From the NCBI GenBank assembly GCA_023443345.1, contig JAEZUZ010000084.1, positions 1 to 35,443 on the forward strand: DNA of 35,443 nt, given 5' to 3'. This document shows, piece after piece, positions 23,420 to 33,611 of this stretch. The stretch comes from Bacillota bacterium (GTDB lineage Bacteria > Bacillota > Clostridia > Peptostreptococcales > Acidaminobacteraceae). The position numbers were made by a program, and so were the translations under genes. A model generated the notes under the pieces. The model was given only the letters and a program-made list of their open reading frames with translations. It did not search any database and was not told where the DNA came from. Each line of letters starts with the position of its first letter. The stretch's first letter is position 1.

Positions 23420-24747
23420 ATCCCTATATACCACATACTCAAGAAGACATTAAAGAGATGTTAGATTCTATTGGAGTTGAAAAAGTAGAAGAACTATTTG
23501 AAGTAATTCCAAAGGATTTAAGAGATATTGGTGCGATAGATATTCCTCAAGGACTCAGTGAAATTGAAGTAAGAGATAAGTTAAGAGATTTAAATAGTAA
23601 AAATAATCAAGGAATTTGTTTTTTAGGTCAGGGAGCCTATGACCACTACATACCAAGTTCAATAGCTTCAATAATCTCAAGAAGTGAATTTTTAACTTCC
23701 TATACTCCATATCAGCCAGAAATATCTCAGGGGACATTGCAATACATTTTTGAATATCAGTCCATGATATGTGAGCTTACAGGTTTAGATGTATCTAACG
23801 CTTCAGTGTATGACGGTTCTAATGCTGTAGTTGAAGCAATGATGATGTGTTGTAATTATACAAAAAAGAGAAAGATATATGTTTCAAGTACAGTTTTTGA
23901 CACATATAAAAGAGTAATAGAGACATATTCTAAAAGTACAGAGATAGAAGTAATTTATATTCCTTCTAAAGATGGATATACTGATTTTGATTCTCTAAAA
24001 ATGAATGATGACATAGCTGGTCTTATAATTCAATCTCCTAATAAGTATGGACTTGTTGAAAATGTTTCAAAATTTTCTCAAGAAGTACATAAATCAAATA
24101 AATCACTTTTAATACAAGTATCTAATCCAAATAGTTTTTCAGTCTTTAGAAGTGCTGGAGAAAATGGTGCAGATGTATGTGTTGGAGAAGCACAGAGCCT
24201 TGGGATACCACTTCAATTTGGTGGACCATATATTGGATATATGGCTGTAAAAAAAGAATTGATGAGAAAGCTTCCAGGCAGAATATGTGGAGAAACAATA
24301 GATAGAAATGGCAACAGAGCATATGTTCTTACTTTAACAGCTAGAGAACAACACATAAGACGTTCTAAAGCTACATCAAATATATGCTCAAATCAAGGTA
24401 TTCAAACCCTTGCTGTAAGTGCTTATTTGTCAATTATGGGCTTTGAGGGACTAAAAGATGCCTATACTCAAAGTATAAATAAGGCGCATTATTTATATAA
24501 TAAGCTCATTTCTACTGGAAAATTTGAAGATGTCTATGGTGATAAATTCACTAATGAATTTGTCTTAAAGTCAAAAGTAAAACAGGAAATTCTAGAAAAA
24601 GAGCTCTCTAAAGAGGGATATTTTGCATGTTCAAAAGTTGAAGAAGATCCATATCAATTTGCAATTGCTGTTACAGAAAACAGGAGCAAGCAAGAAATGG
24701 ATAAATTAGTAGAATTAATGGAGGATATATATGATAAGAACATATAA
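23416..24747 (+). CDS. gcvPA: Glycine dehydrogenase (decarboxylating) subunit 1
   Basis: N-terminus NPYIPHTQEDIKEMLDSIGV..ELF..IP. YTPYQPEISQGTLQ motif. TTG start overlaps the gcvH stop (TTGA). Confidence 0.92.
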   Translation: MNPYIPHTQEDIKEMLDSIGVEKVEELFEVIPKDLRDIGAIDIPQGLSEIEVRDKLRDLNSKNNQGICFLGQGAYDHYIPSSIASIISRSEFLTSYTPYQPEISQGTLQYIFEYQSMICELTGLDVSNASVYDGSNAVVEAMMMCCNYTKKRKIYVSSTVFDTYKRVIETYSKSTEIEVIYIPSKDGYTDFDSLKMNDDIAGLIIQSPNKYGLVENVSKFSQEVHKSNKSLLIQVSNPNSFSVFRSAGENGADVCVGEAQSLGIPLQFGGPYIGYMAVKKELMRKLPGRICGETIDRNGNRAYVLTLTAREQHIRRSKATSNICSNQGIQTLAVSAYLSIMGFEGLKDAYTQSINKAHYLYNKLISTGKFEDVYGDKFTNEFVLKSKVKQEILEKELSKEGYFACSKVEEDPYQFAIAVTENRSKQEMDKLVELMEDIYDKNI

Positions 24748-26188
24748 TAAACTTATATTTGAACAATCCTCTAAGGGCAGATCTTCTTATAGACTCCCTA
24801 AATTAGATGTTGAAAATATTGATTTAGAGAATATTTTTGATAGCAGTGATTTAAGAACAATCCCTGCCAGACTTCCTGAAGTATATGAACTTGATGTAGT
24901 AAGACATTATACAAATTTAAGTTATAAGAATTATTCTATAGATGTAGGAATGTATCCACTTGGAAGCTGTACTATGAAGTATAATCCTAAGATAAATGAA
25001 GAAATAGCATCAAATTTTTCAACTTTAAATTTACATCCATTAGTAAGAGATGAAGATGCTCAAGGTATACTTCAATTGATGTATGAGTTGCAAGAGCAAC
25101 TTAAGAAAATCTCTAAAATGGATGCATTTACCCTTCAACCTGCAGCTGGGGCTCATGGTGAACTTACAGGTCTTATGATTATTAAGGCATATCATAATAG
25201 TAGGGGTGATACCAAGCGAAAAAGAATAATAATTCCAGATGCAGCACATGGAACAAATCCTGCTACAGTTTCGATGCTTGGTTTTGAGCCTATTGAACTA
25301 AGATCAAATACTGTAGGTAAAATTGATGTTGAGGCTCTAAGACAGTTAGCAGACTATAGGGTTGCCGGTCTTATGCTTACAAATCCTAACACTTTAGGTG
25401 TATTTGATCAGGAAGTTTGTGAAATTGCCGATATAATACATAGAAATGGTGGGCTACTTTACTATGATGGAGCAAATGCTAATGCAATATTAGGAAAGAC
25501 AAATCCTGCAGATATGGGCTTTGATGTAGTTCACTTTAATTTACATAAGACTTTTTCTACTCCTCATGGAGGAGGAGGTCCAGGGAGTGGTCCAGTAGGT
25601 GTAAAGAAATTTTTAGAAGAATTTTTACCTACTCCTACAATTAAATTTGAAGATGGCATGTATAAGAGAGATTATTCTCATCAAAATTCAATAGGACCTA
25701 TCAAGGATTTCTTTGGCCATATTTCAATATTAATTAGAGCATATACTTACATACTTAGTATGGGATCTGATGGATTGAATCAAGTATCAGATATGGCTGT
25801 ACTTAATGCAAATTATGCATATTCAAAACTAAAAGAAAATTATATAAAGGGATTTAATGTAGATTTTCTTCATGAATTTGTTCTAGGTGGCTTAAAGAGC
25901 AATCCATTAAAATCAAGAACTTTAGAAATAGCAAAGAGACTTATAGATTATGGTTTTCATCCGCCTACTATATATTTTCCACTGATAGTTAATGAAGCTA
26001 TGATGATTGAGCCAACAGAAACTGAATCAAAGGAAAATATTGATGCTTTTGTTAAGGCACTCAATGAGATAGCTCAAGAAGCAACTCAGCAGACAAATAA
26101 TTTTAAAGAAGCACCAATTAGCACTCAAATATCTAAACCAGATGAGGCTTTTGCTGCAAGAAATCCAAAGTTGAAATATTATGAGTAA
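24731..26188 (+). CDS. gcvPB: Glycine dehydrogenase (decarboxylating) subunit 2
   Basis: LIFEQSSKGRSSY, PLGSCTMKYNPK, and the PLP-lysine region HFNLHKTFSTPHGGGGPG. Confidence 0.93.
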   Translation: MIRTYNKLIFEQSSKGRSSYRLPKLDVENIDLENIFDSSDLRTIPARLPEVYELDVVRHYTNLSYKNYSIDVGMYPLGSCTMKYNPKINEEIASNFSTLNLHPLVRDEDAQGILQLMYELQEQLKKISKMDAFTLQPAAGAHGELTGLMIIKAYHNSRGDTKRKRIIIPDAAHGTNPATVSMLGFEPIELRSNTVGKIDVEALRQLADYRVAGLMLTNPNTLGVFDQEVCEIADIIHRNGGLLYYDGANANAILGKTNPADMGFDVVHFNLHKTFSTPHGGGGPGSGPVGVKKFLEEFLPTPTIKFEDGMYKRDYSHQNSIGPIKDFFGHISILIRAYTYILSMGSDGLNQVSDMAVLNANYAYSKLKENYIKGFNVDFLHEFVLGGLKSNPLKSRTLEIAKRLIDYGFHPPTIYFPLIVNEAMMIEPTETESKENIDAFVKALNEIAQEATQQTNNFKEAPISTQISKPDEAFAARNPKLKYYE

Positions 26189-27488
26189 AAATATAGTAAT
26201 AATTGGAGCCGGCCCAGCAGGATATAATTTAGCTTTAAATTTATCTAAAGAGAACAATATCAAACTTATAGATACTGATAATCCTGGTGGAACATGTCTA
26301 TATAGAGGCTGCATACCTACTAAAACGCTATTAGAATTATCAAAAAAAGAAAAAGATCTAGATGTAATCAAGTCAAAAAAAGATGATATAATATCAACTC
26401 TTTCTAATAATTTAATTAATCTAATCAAAAGTAGGGAAAATATCGAAATAATAAAATCTTCTGTTGAATTTATAGATGATAAGACTATATCTGTAAATAA
26501 TCAAAATATGAAGTTTGATATTTTAGTTATAGCTACAGGTTCAAAACCATTTATTAACTTTGATATTAAAGGTGTAGGTAATATATACACATCTGATGAA
26601 TTGTTAGATTTAAATGTTATACCAAAAGAGCTTATAATTATTGGGGCGGGAGCTGTAGGTTTAGAATTTGCAGAGATATATAAAAATTTAGGATCAAAAG
26701 TCAAAATATTAGCTTATGAATTCTTAGATGGCTTTGATAGAGATATCGTTAGTAGAGTGATTAAATATCTCAAAGAAAATTCTATAGAAGTAATAGATAG
26801 TGTAGAAATTTTAGAACTAAAAAATCTCGATGATAGAGTTGATATTTTAGCTAATTATAAAAAAAGAGAAGTAACTTATTCTAGTTCTAGTGTCTTAATT
26901 GCAACAGGAAGAAGTGCCAATATTGATAAACTTTGTTTACAGAAAACATCTATAAACTATAGTGATAGGGGTATAGAAGTAGATGAGAAGTTCCAAACAA
27001 ATGTTGAAAATATATTTGCAATTGGAGATGTAGTTAAATCAAACATTTTATTAGCTCATGTTGCAGAAAATGATGGAAATCGACTTGCTAAATATCTTGA
27101 TTTTGGTGAAATTCAAAATCGTCCCGCTGTTGTATCAAGTATATATTTAGATTTAGAAATTTCAAAAGTTGGATTTTCTTCCAATGAATTAGAAGAATTA
27201 AATATCAAATATGACACTGTAAAGTTGCCATATAGATCTAATTCTAAAGCTGTTGCATTAGATAATAGTCAGGGTCTTGTAAAAATGTTATTTAATGACA
27301 ATCAGATTTTAGGAATGCAGGCATTTGGCAAGGATGCAGAACAACTAGTGATGTTGGCAAATATGGCTATAACAAATAATTTATCTATCGATGAGTTATC
27401 AAATATGATTTATCCGCATCCTACTTTTATTGAATTGTTTAAAAATATTTGTGAGCTTGCTAAAAATAGGAGGAAAAGTGAGAAGTAG
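26181..27488 (+). CDS. lpdA: Dihydrolipoyl dehydrogenase (glycine cleavage L protein), short form of 435 aa
   Basis: FAD motif IIGAGPAGY. Redox-active disulfide GGTCLYRGCIPTK. NAD motif IIGAGAVGLEF. C-terminal HPHPTFIE. ATG overlaps the gcvPB stop. Confidence 0.88.
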   Translation: MSKNIVIIGAGPAGYNLALNLSKENNIKLIDTDNPGGTCLYRGCIPTKTLLELSKKEKDLDVIKSKKDDIISTLSNNLINLIKSRENIEIIKSSVEFIDDKTISVNNQNMKFDILVIATGSKPFINFDIKGVGNIYTSDELLDLNVIPKELIIIGAGAVGLEFAEIYKNLGSKVKILAYEFLDGFDRDIVSRVIKYLKENSIEVIDSVEILELKNLDDRVDILANYKKREVTYSSSSVLIATGRSANIDKLCLQKTSINYSDRGIEVDEKFQTNVENIFAIGDVVKSNILLAHVAENDGNRLAKYLDFGEIQNRPAVVSSIYLDLEISKVGFSSNELEELNIKYDTVKLPYRSNSKAVALDNSQGLVKMLFNDNQILGMQAFGKDAEQLVMLANMAITNNLSIDELSNMIYPHPTFIELFKNICELAKNRRKSEK

Positions 27489-28116
27489 AAGATCTTTATT
27501 GATAATAATATTTTTATTATTTAATCTCTTTGGATTTTGGACATTTTTAAGTATTATAGTTATAAATAAATCGAGTTCTTCAAAAGTTGAAGATAAAACT
27601 GAAATAGTTACTAATCAGGTAGAATCACCTAAGGAAGAACAACCTAAAGAGGAAAATAAGAAGGTAGAACCAAAAAAAGAAATAGAGAAAACTAATACTC
27701 AACAAAGTAATAAAGAAGAAAATAAAGAAGACCAAAATATAAATGTTATAAATAAACAAGATAATTCTGATGACTCATCAGAATATTCTTCACTATTTCC
27801 AGATATGAATATAAAAGAGATAGATAATGAAGAATTTAAAGGATTTAAAGCAGATAAAAGGGGAGAAAATCCAATTTATCATGTATTTTATGCTGACTGC
27901 AAAGTATTACAGAAGGCAGATGAATTATTTTTTGAACAAATCGGTCCAAATCCTGGATACCAAAAAATAATTAATGAAAATAATCATAAATATTACCAGT
28001 TTTCTAATAACAATATTGCAATGGGTATAATAATCAAGGACAATAAATTCTTATTTGTAAAAGGGGAAAATACCGAAATAATTGATGAAGTTGCAGAAAA
28101 ATTAGAAATGAATTAA
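27478..28116 (+). CDS. Membrane-anchored protein with E/K-rich linker and an uncharacterised C-terminal domain
   Basis: GTG 27478 lies 4 nt after AGGAGG and gives MRSRRSLLIIIFLLFNLFGFWTFLSIIVI (signal anchor). The tracked start 27430 lies inside lpdA. Overlaps the lpdA stop by 11 nt. Confidence 0.6.
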   Translation: MRSRRSLLIIIFLLFNLFGFWTFLSIIVINKSSSSKVEDKTEIVTNQVESPKEEQPKEENKKVEPKKEIEKTNTQQSNKEENKEDQNINVINKQDNSDDSSEYSSLFPDMNIKEIDNEEFKGFKADKRGENPIYHVFYADCKVLQKADELFFEQIGPNPGYQKIINENNHKYYQFSNNNIAMGIIIKDNKFLFVKGENTEIIDEVAEKLEMN

Positions 28117-28143
28117 TAAAGATCTTTTGATCTTTATTTTTTT
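28117..28143 (+). terminator. Rho-independent terminator of the gcv operon
   Basis: Stem TAAAGATC / GATCTTTA, loop TTTT, followed by TTTTTTT. Confidence 0.7.
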
Positions 28144-28144
28144 C

Positions 28145-28172
28145 TTGACTTTTTATATTTATGTAGTATACT
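28145..28172 (+). promoter_or_regulatory. Candidate promoter of the ylxM-ffh-rpsP...rplS operon
   Basis: TTGACT (28145-28150), 16 nt, TATACT (28167-28172). Lies about 30 nt upstream of ATG 28203. Confidence 0.45.
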
Positions 28173-28202
28173 TGTAAAGTAATTAAACTTTACGAGGAAG
28201 AT

Positions 28203-28535
28203 ATGGATGTAGAAAGAATAAATTTCCTTATGGATTTTTATGGGCCATTGCTTACAGAATTACAAGTTGAAATAATGACTCAGTATCTCGATGATGGTCT
28301 AACTTATAGTGAAATAGCTGATAATCTGTCTTCAACAAGACAGGCAGTCTATGACAATATAAATAGATCCATATCTAAACTTGAGAGCTTTGAAGAAAAA
28401 CTGGGCCTATTTAAGAGATTTAAAGATGATAGAGTTAAACTACAATATATATATGATTCTCTTAAAGAATTATTAAAGGATAAACCAGAAGCTTTAGCAT
28501 TGATATCTAAAGAACTTGAAGAGATACTTTATTAG
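28203..28535 (+). CDS. ylxM: YlxM/UPF0122 helix-turn-helix protein (SRP-operon associated)
   Basis: 110 aa. LMDFYGPLLTELQVEIMTQYLDDGLTYSEIADNLSSTRQAVYDNINR (sigma-70 region-4-like HTH). Conserved position immediately upstream of ffh. Confidence 0.85.
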   Translation: MDVERINFLMDFYGPLLTELQVEIMTQYLDDGLTYSEIADNLSSTRQAVYDNINRSISKLESFEEKLGLFKRFKDDRVKLQYIYDSLKELLKDKPEALALISKELEEILY

Positions 28536-28552
28536 TATGTTAAGGAGTAGAA

Positions 28553-29887
28553 ATGCTTGATAACTTATCGGAAAAGCTTCAGAGAACCCTTCAAAAATTA
28601 AAGGGAAAGGGAAAGATCTCTGAAAAAGATATAAAAGAGGCTATGAGAGAGGTTAAACTATCTCTTTTAGAAGCTGATGTAAACTTAAAAGTAGTAAAGA
28701 CATTTATACAAAATGTAAGTGAAAAATCTGTTGGTGAAGAAGTAATGAAATCCTTAACTCCAGCTCATCAAGTTATAAAAATTGTAAAGGATGAGCTTGT
28801 TACTTTGCTAGGAGGAACAAGTCAAAAATTACTTTTTAATACCAATAGTCTTACCGTATATATGATGGCAGGACTTCAGGGTGCTGGTAAAACTACTAGT
28901 GCTGCTAAGTTAGCATTAAAGTTAAAGAAGCAAGGTAAGAAGCCATATCTAGCTTCTGTAGACGTATATAGACCTGCAGCTATAGATCAATTAAAAGTCT
29001 TAGCTAAACAAATAGATGTAGATTTTCTAGAAATTGATAGTAAAGATCCTCTTGAAATTTCTAAAGTTGCTGTTGATCAGGCAATAAGAATGGGTTGCAA
29101 TGTACTCATACTTGATACAGCCGGAAGACTTCACATAGATCAAGAGTTGATGGATGAATTAAAAAACATCAAAAAGATAGTAAAACCTACAGAAATTTTA
29201 CTTGTTGTTGATGCGATGGTTGGTCAGGAATCTGTAAAAGTTGCAGAGAGTTTTAATGAACAACTTGGAATTGATGGTGTTATCATGACAAAATTTGATG
29301 GTGACACTAGAGGTGGAGCAGCTTTTAGTATTAAAAGTGTCACAGGCACACCGATCAAATTTACTGGTGTTGGAGAGAAAATTTCTGCAAATAACTTAGT
29401 TGAATTTGAACCTGAGAGCATCGCTTCAAGAATTCTTGGACTTGGAGATATTCTTGGTGCAATAAAGATGGTAGAAGAAAATATTGACCAAGAAAAGAGC
29501 AAGGAACTCCTAAAGAAAGTTCAGAATCAAGGCATAGATTTTGATGATTTTCTAGATCAGATTAGACAGATGAAAAAGATGGGATCTATTAAAGAATTAC
29601 TATCTATGATTCCTGGAATTAATAAAAAGAGCTTGGGAAGTTTTGATGATAGAGAAATAGATAAAATAGAGGCGATTGCTCTTTCAATGACTAAGCAGGA
29701 AAGAAGAAATCCAGATATTATAAATGCATCTAGAAAACAGAGAATAGCTAATGGAAGCGGAACAAGTGTTTCAGCAGTAAATAAGGTATTGAAAGAGTTT
29801 CAGACAACTAGAAAGTTGATGAAAAACTTTACTAAAATAGGGAAAAAAGGACGCAATCCTTTTTCAAATATGAGATTGCCCTTTTAA
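28553..29887 (+). CDS. ffh: Signal recognition particle protein Ffh
   Basis: N domain LSEKLQRTLQKLKGKGKISEKDIKEAMREVKLSLLEADVN. GTPase motifs GLQGAGKTTS, DTAGR, TKFDGD. Methionine-rich M domain. Confidence 0.95.
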   Translation: MLDNLSEKLQRTLQKLKGKGKISEKDIKEAMREVKLSLLEADVNLKVVKTFIQNVSEKSVGEEVMKSLTPAHQVIKIVKDELVTLLGGTSQKLLFNTNSLTVYMMAGLQGAGKTTSAAKLALKLKKQGKKPYLASVDVYRPAAIDQLKVLAKQIDVDFLEIDSKDPLEISKVAVDQAIRMGCNVLILDTAGRLHIDQELMDELKNIKKIVKPTEILLVVDAMVGQESVKVAESFNEQLGIDGVIMTKFDGDTRGGAAFSIKSVTGTPIKFTGVGEKISANNLVEFEPESIASRILGLGDILGAIKMVEENIDQEKSKELLKKVQNQGIDFDDFLDQIRQMKKMGSIKELLSMIPGINKKSLGSFDDREIDKIEAIALSMTKQERRNPDIINASRKQRIANGSGTSVSAVNKVLKEFQTTRKLMKNFTKIGKKGRNPFSNMRLPF

Positions 29888-29905
29888 ATATATTAAGGAG
29901 GAAAA

Positions 29906-30163
29906 ATGTCAGTAAAAATAAGACTTAGAAGAATGGGTAGCAAGAAGCGTCCTTTCTATCGCTTAGTTGTAGCAGATTCAAGAAGCCCAAGAGATGGTAG
30001 ATTCATTGAAGAAATCGGATACTACAATCCAATAAGCCAACCAAAAGAATTAAAAGTTGATGTTGAAGCTGCTAAAAAGTGGATTTCAAACGGTGCACAA
30101 CCTACTTCTACAGCAAAGCGTTTACTACGTGAAAGCGGAGCATTAGAAAATAAGAAGGCTTAA
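29906..30163 (+). CDS. rpsP: 30S ribosomal protein S16
   Basis: [42 protein letters not shown]. Confidence 0.95.
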   Translation: MSVKIRLRRMGSKKRPFYRLVVADSRSPRDGRFIEEIGYYNPISQPKELKVDVEAAKKWISNGAQPTSTAKRLLRESGALENKKA

Positions 30164-30165
30164 TA

Positions 30166-30405
30166 ATGAAAAAACTTGTAGAATTTTTAGTACAATCTCT
30201 TTTAAAAGATTCAAGTAAATTTACAGTAACTGAAGAGGTAAAAGGTACAGAAGTTTATATCAAAGTAGAAGTTGATAAAAATGACATAGGTGCTGTAATT
30301 GGCCGTGGAGGAAATGTCATAAATGCAATAAGAACAATTGCAAGGACTAAGGCGACACTTGAAAATGTAAAGGTTTATGTAGATGTCGTTGATAAAGTTA
30401 GCTAA
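30166..30405 (+). CDS. ylqC: KH-domain RNA-binding protein (YlqC/UPF0109)
   Basis: 79 aa. GAVIGRGGNVINAIRTIAR (GxxG KH motif). Conserved position between rpsP and rimM. Confidence 0.85.
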   Translation: MKKLVEFLVQSLLKDSSKFTVTEEVKGTEVYIKVEVDKNDIGAVIGRGGNVINAIRTIARTKATLENVKVYVDVVDKVS

Positions 30406-30865
30406 AATTTCTAAAACAGTTGGACTTAAGGGAGAAATAAAGTGTTATCCTTATGGAAACAGACATCTCTTATATAAAAATCAAAAAATAGTTATAGATG
30501 GAATCAATTATTCTATTGCTTCTTTAAGAGAACAGAAGGGATTTCCTATCATAAAGTTATTTAATATTGAAAATATTGAAATGGCTCAAAAATTAGTAAA
30601 TAGAGAAATCTTTGCAGATAAAAATGAACTTAATCTTGAAGAAGATGAATATTTAGTAAGTGATGTAATTGGCTTTGATGCTATATCAGAAGGTAAAGTA
30701 ATTGCAAAGCTTGAAGATGTAGATACATCTTCATTTCAGGATTTATATATATTTATAGATTCTCAAAATAAAAGACACTACATCCCGGGAGAAGGTCCTT
30801 TTATTAAGGAAATAGATTTTGAAAATAAGTGCATATACTTAGAACTTATAGAGGGACTATGGTAA
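30383..30865 (+). CDS. rimM: 16S rRNA processing protein RimM
   Basis: KISKTVGLKGEIKCYP N-terminal barrel motif. PRC-barrel C-terminal half. Lies between the KH gene and trmD. Confidence 0.85.
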   Translation: MSLIKLAKISKTVGLKGEIKCYPYGNRHLLYKNQKIVIDGINYSIASLREQKGFPIIKLFNIENIEMAQKLVNREIFADKNELNLEEDEYLVSDVIGFDAISEGKVIAKLEDVDTSSFQDLYIFIDSQNKRHYIPGEGPFIKEIDFENKCIYLELIEGLW

Positions 30866-31599
30866 TAGAAATTTTAACTATATATCCAGATTTTTTTGAT
30901 AGATATCTATCATTAAAAATGGCTAGTGAAGCAATTAGCAATGGTATTATAGATATAGTTATAAAAGATATTAGAGATTATTCTAATAGTACAAGTATAA
31001 AAAAACAAGTTGATGATAAGCCATTTGGCGGAGGAGCAGGAATGCTTATGGCTCCACAGCCAATATTTGATGCATTAGAAGACACAAAAGGTCATCTAAT
31101 ACATATGTCACCTAGAGGACAAAAATTAGATGATAAATTGGCAAGCGAACTCTCAAATCTTGATAATATTACAATACTTTGTTCACATTTTGAAGGAATT
31201 GATCAAAGGGTAATAGATCATTTTAAACCTCAAGAAATATCCATAGGAGATTATGTTCTAAGTGGGGGAGAGATATCAGCTTTGGTTCTTATTGATACTA
31301 TAATTAGAAAAATTCCTGGTGTTATTAGAAGTGATTCATTAGAAGAAGAATCATTTACAAATGGTCTTCTTGAATATGATCAGTATACTAGACCTAGAGA
31401 ATTTAGAGGCTATAGTGTTCCAGATGTCTTAGTAAATGGAAATCATAAATTAATAGAAGAATTTAGACTTGAATCATCAATTAGAAATACTATAAAATAT
31501 AGACCAGATTTAATTGAAGACGGATTAAAAACAGGTAGATTTAGTACTAATGTAGAAAAAAAGATATTAGAGATTTATAAGGAGGACCTTCATGAGTAA
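30859..31599 (+). CDS. trmD: tRNA (guanine37-N1)-methyltransferase TrmD
   Basis: [41 protein letters not shown] motifs. ATG 30859 follows GAGGGA and overlaps the rimM stop. The tracked start 30829 is inside rimM. Confidence 0.93.
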   Translation: MVIEILTIYPDFFDRYLSLKMASEAISNGIIDIVIKDIRDYSNSTSIKKQVDDKPFGGGAGMLMAPQPIFDALEDTKGHLIHMSPRGQKLDDKLASELSNLDNITILCSHFEGIDQRVIDHFKPQEISIGDYVLSGGEISALVLIDTIIRKIPGVIRSDSLEEESFTNGLLEYDQYTRPREFRGYSVPDVLVNGNHKLIEEFRLESSIRNTIKYRPDLIEDGLKTGRFSTNVEKKILEIYKEDLHE

Positions 31600-31939
31600 C
31601 ATCATTCGTGATTTAGAGCGAGAAGGAATAAAAGATCAAAAATTTGATTTCCGTTCTGGTGATACAGTTCGTGTTCATGAACGTATTAAGGAAGGTAAGC
31701 GTGAGCGTATTCAGGTTTTTGAAGGTTTAATTATTAAAAGAACTGGCGGTGGAATTCAAGAGAGAATCACTGTAAGAAAAATTTCTTATGGAGTTGGAGT
31801 AGAAAAAATATTCCCACTTAATTCACCAAAGGTAGAAAAGATTGAATTAGTAAGAAAAGGTCAAGTTCGCAGATCAAAACTTTACTACATTCGTGATCGT
31901 GTTGGTAAGTCTGCAAAAGTTCGTGAACAGATCAGATAA
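31592..31939 (+). CDS. rplS: 50S ribosomal protein L19
   Basis: [44 protein letters not shown]. Confidence 0.95.
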   Translation: MSNIIRDLEREGIKDQKFDFRSGDTVRVHERIKEGKRERIQVFEGLIIKRTGGGIQERITVRKISYGVGVEKIFPLNSPKVEKIELVRKGQVRRSKLYYIRDRVGKSAKVREQIR

Positions 31940-31942
31940 TAT

Positions 31943-31966
31943 AAAGCTGCGTTGCAGCTTTTTTTC
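31943..31966 (+). terminator. Rho-independent terminator after rplS
   Basis: Stem AAAGCTG / CAGCTTT (loop CGTTG), then TTTTTC. It ends only 14 nt before the rbgA start, so rbgA probably depends on read-through. Confidence 0.65.
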
Positions 31967-31980
31967 ATAAAGGAGTATGT

Positions 31981-32817
31981 ATGATACAGTGGTATCCAGG
32001 TCATATGAAAAAGACCAAGGAACTAATTAATTCACACATAAATATGATGGATGTACTAGTTGAAGTTGTAGATGCTAGAATACCTCTAAGTAGTCACAAT
32101 CCTATTTTTGATAATTTTTTTAAAAATAAAAAAGTTATTACCATTTTAAATAAAAGTGATTTAGCAGATCCGGGCATAACTAAAGAATGGATAGACTATT
32201 ATAATAAAAATAATAATATTGCCATAGAATTTAATTCAAAAGATGGAAGTACAAAGGAATTAAACAACATTTTCAAAAACATATTTGATGAATTTAAACA
32301 ACCATTTTTAAATAAAAATAGAAATCCAAGGCCTATGAGAGTTATGATACTTGGTATACCAAATGTTGGAAAAAGCTCTTTTATAAATAGATTAGCCAAT
32401 AAAAAAATAACACAAGTAGGCAATAAACCAGGAGTTACAAGAGGAAAGCAGTGGATAAAAATCAACGATTTTATTGAACTATTTGATACTCCTGGAATAT
32501 TATGGCCTAAATTTGAAAATGAAGATCAGGCATTTAAGATAGCTATGATTGGCTCAATAAATGACGATATAATCCCACTTGAAGAGGTAGCTTTTAGATT
32601 GCTTGATTATTTAAAAGATAATTATTATGATCAACTAGTTAGTAGATTTTCAATAACTCATAGTGATACATATGAAATTTATCAAGAAATAGCTAAAAAA
32701 AGAGGATGTATTCAAAAGGGAAATAATATTGATGATCAGAGAGTTACAAATATTATTATTGATGAATTTAGAAGTTCAAAGATAGGCAGGGTATCCCTTG
32801 AAAGAGTTAAGTATTAG
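31981..32817 (+). CDS. rbgA: Ribosome biogenesis GTPase A (YlqF/RbgA)
   Basis: MIQWYPGHMKKT. Circularly permuted GTPase order NKSDL (G4) before GIPNVGKSS (G1) and DTPG (G3). Confidence 0.9.
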   Translation: MIQWYPGHMKKTKELINSHINMMDVLVEVVDARIPLSSHNPIFDNFFKNKKVITILNKSDLADPGITKEWIDYYNKNNNIAIEFNSKDGSTKELNNIFKNIFDEFKQPFLNKNRNPRPMRVMILGIPNVGKSSFINRLANKKITQVGNKPGVTRGKQWIKINDFIELFDTPGILWPKFENEDQAFKIAMIGSINDDIIPLEEVAFRLLDYLKDNYYDQLVSRFSITHSDTYEIYQEIAKKRGCIQKGNNIDDQRVTNIIIDEFRSSKIGRVSLERVKY

Positions 32818-33544
32818 AGAAATAAAAGAAATATTTCAACAGATTGATAAGAGAGAATTCATTAATAGATTTATTGATGATGATAGACAGGGGGTTTTAC
32901 GCTTAAAAAAACAAGCCCAAAATCATCTTTTGAAACTAGAAAAATTAGAAGAAAATTATAATAGACTAAATACCTTAGAAAATCAATTACTAGAAAGAGG
33001 ATATTTAAATATTGCAGGTATTGATGAAGTTGGGCGTGGCCCTTTAGCTGGTCCGGTTGTCTGTGCATGTGTTAAACTCAATAAAAAAATAATTGGTCTA
33101 AATGATTCTAAAAAATTAAGTGATAAACAAAGAAGAGAATTATTTAAAGAAATACAAGAAAGTGCAACTATTTCAACTTTTAGTGTATCTCCAGAAGAAA
33201 TAGATGAAATCAACATCTATCAAGCTACTAAGTATGCAATGGAGATGTGTGTAAAAAATTTTCCTTTAAAGTTAGACGCTTTACTAGTAGATGCAATGCC
33301 TTTGAAATTTAATGATATTTTTGTCAATTCTATTAACAAGGGAGATACCTTATCCAATTCTATTGCTGCAGCTTCAATATGTGCAAAAGTTATTAGAGAT
33401 AACTATATGATAGAGATGCACGATAAATATCCACAATATAATTTTAAAAGTAATAAGGGATATGGAAGTCAAGAACACATTCAAGCATTAAAAAAATATG
33501 GACTATCTCCAATTCACAGAAAAAGTTTTTGTAAATTCCTTTAA
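32798..33544 (+). CDS. rnhB: Ribonuclease HII
   Basis: IAGIDEVGRGPLAGPVV, DSKKLS, DAMP and KGYGS..H motifs. Firmicute-type N-terminal extension MKELSIREIKE. TTG start overlaps the rbgA end. Confidence 0.9.
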   Translation: MKELSIREIKEIFQQIDKREFINRFIDDDRQGVLRLKKQAQNHLLKLEKLEENYNRLNTLENQLLERGYLNIAGIDEVGRGPLAGPVVCACVKLNKKIIGLNDSKKLSDKQRRELFKEIQESATISTFSVSPEEIDEINIYQATKYAMEMCVKNFPLKLDALLVDAMPLKFNDIFVNSINKGDTLSNSIAAASICAKVIRDNYMIEMHDKYPQYNFKSNKGYGSQEHIQALKKYGLSPIHRKSFCKFL

Positions 33545-33611
33545 ATAAACCTTCACTTTAAATAACATTTTAAATACTACTTACATTAAAATTTTTTTTA
33601 ATGGAGGAAGT

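Noticed and set aside
27590-27770. Apparent tandem repeat in the gene downstream of lpdA.
   Set aside because: It is a compositionally biased E/K/N/Q linker (aaagaagaa-type codons) without exact repeat units, so it is not a tandem repeat or a CRISPR-like array.
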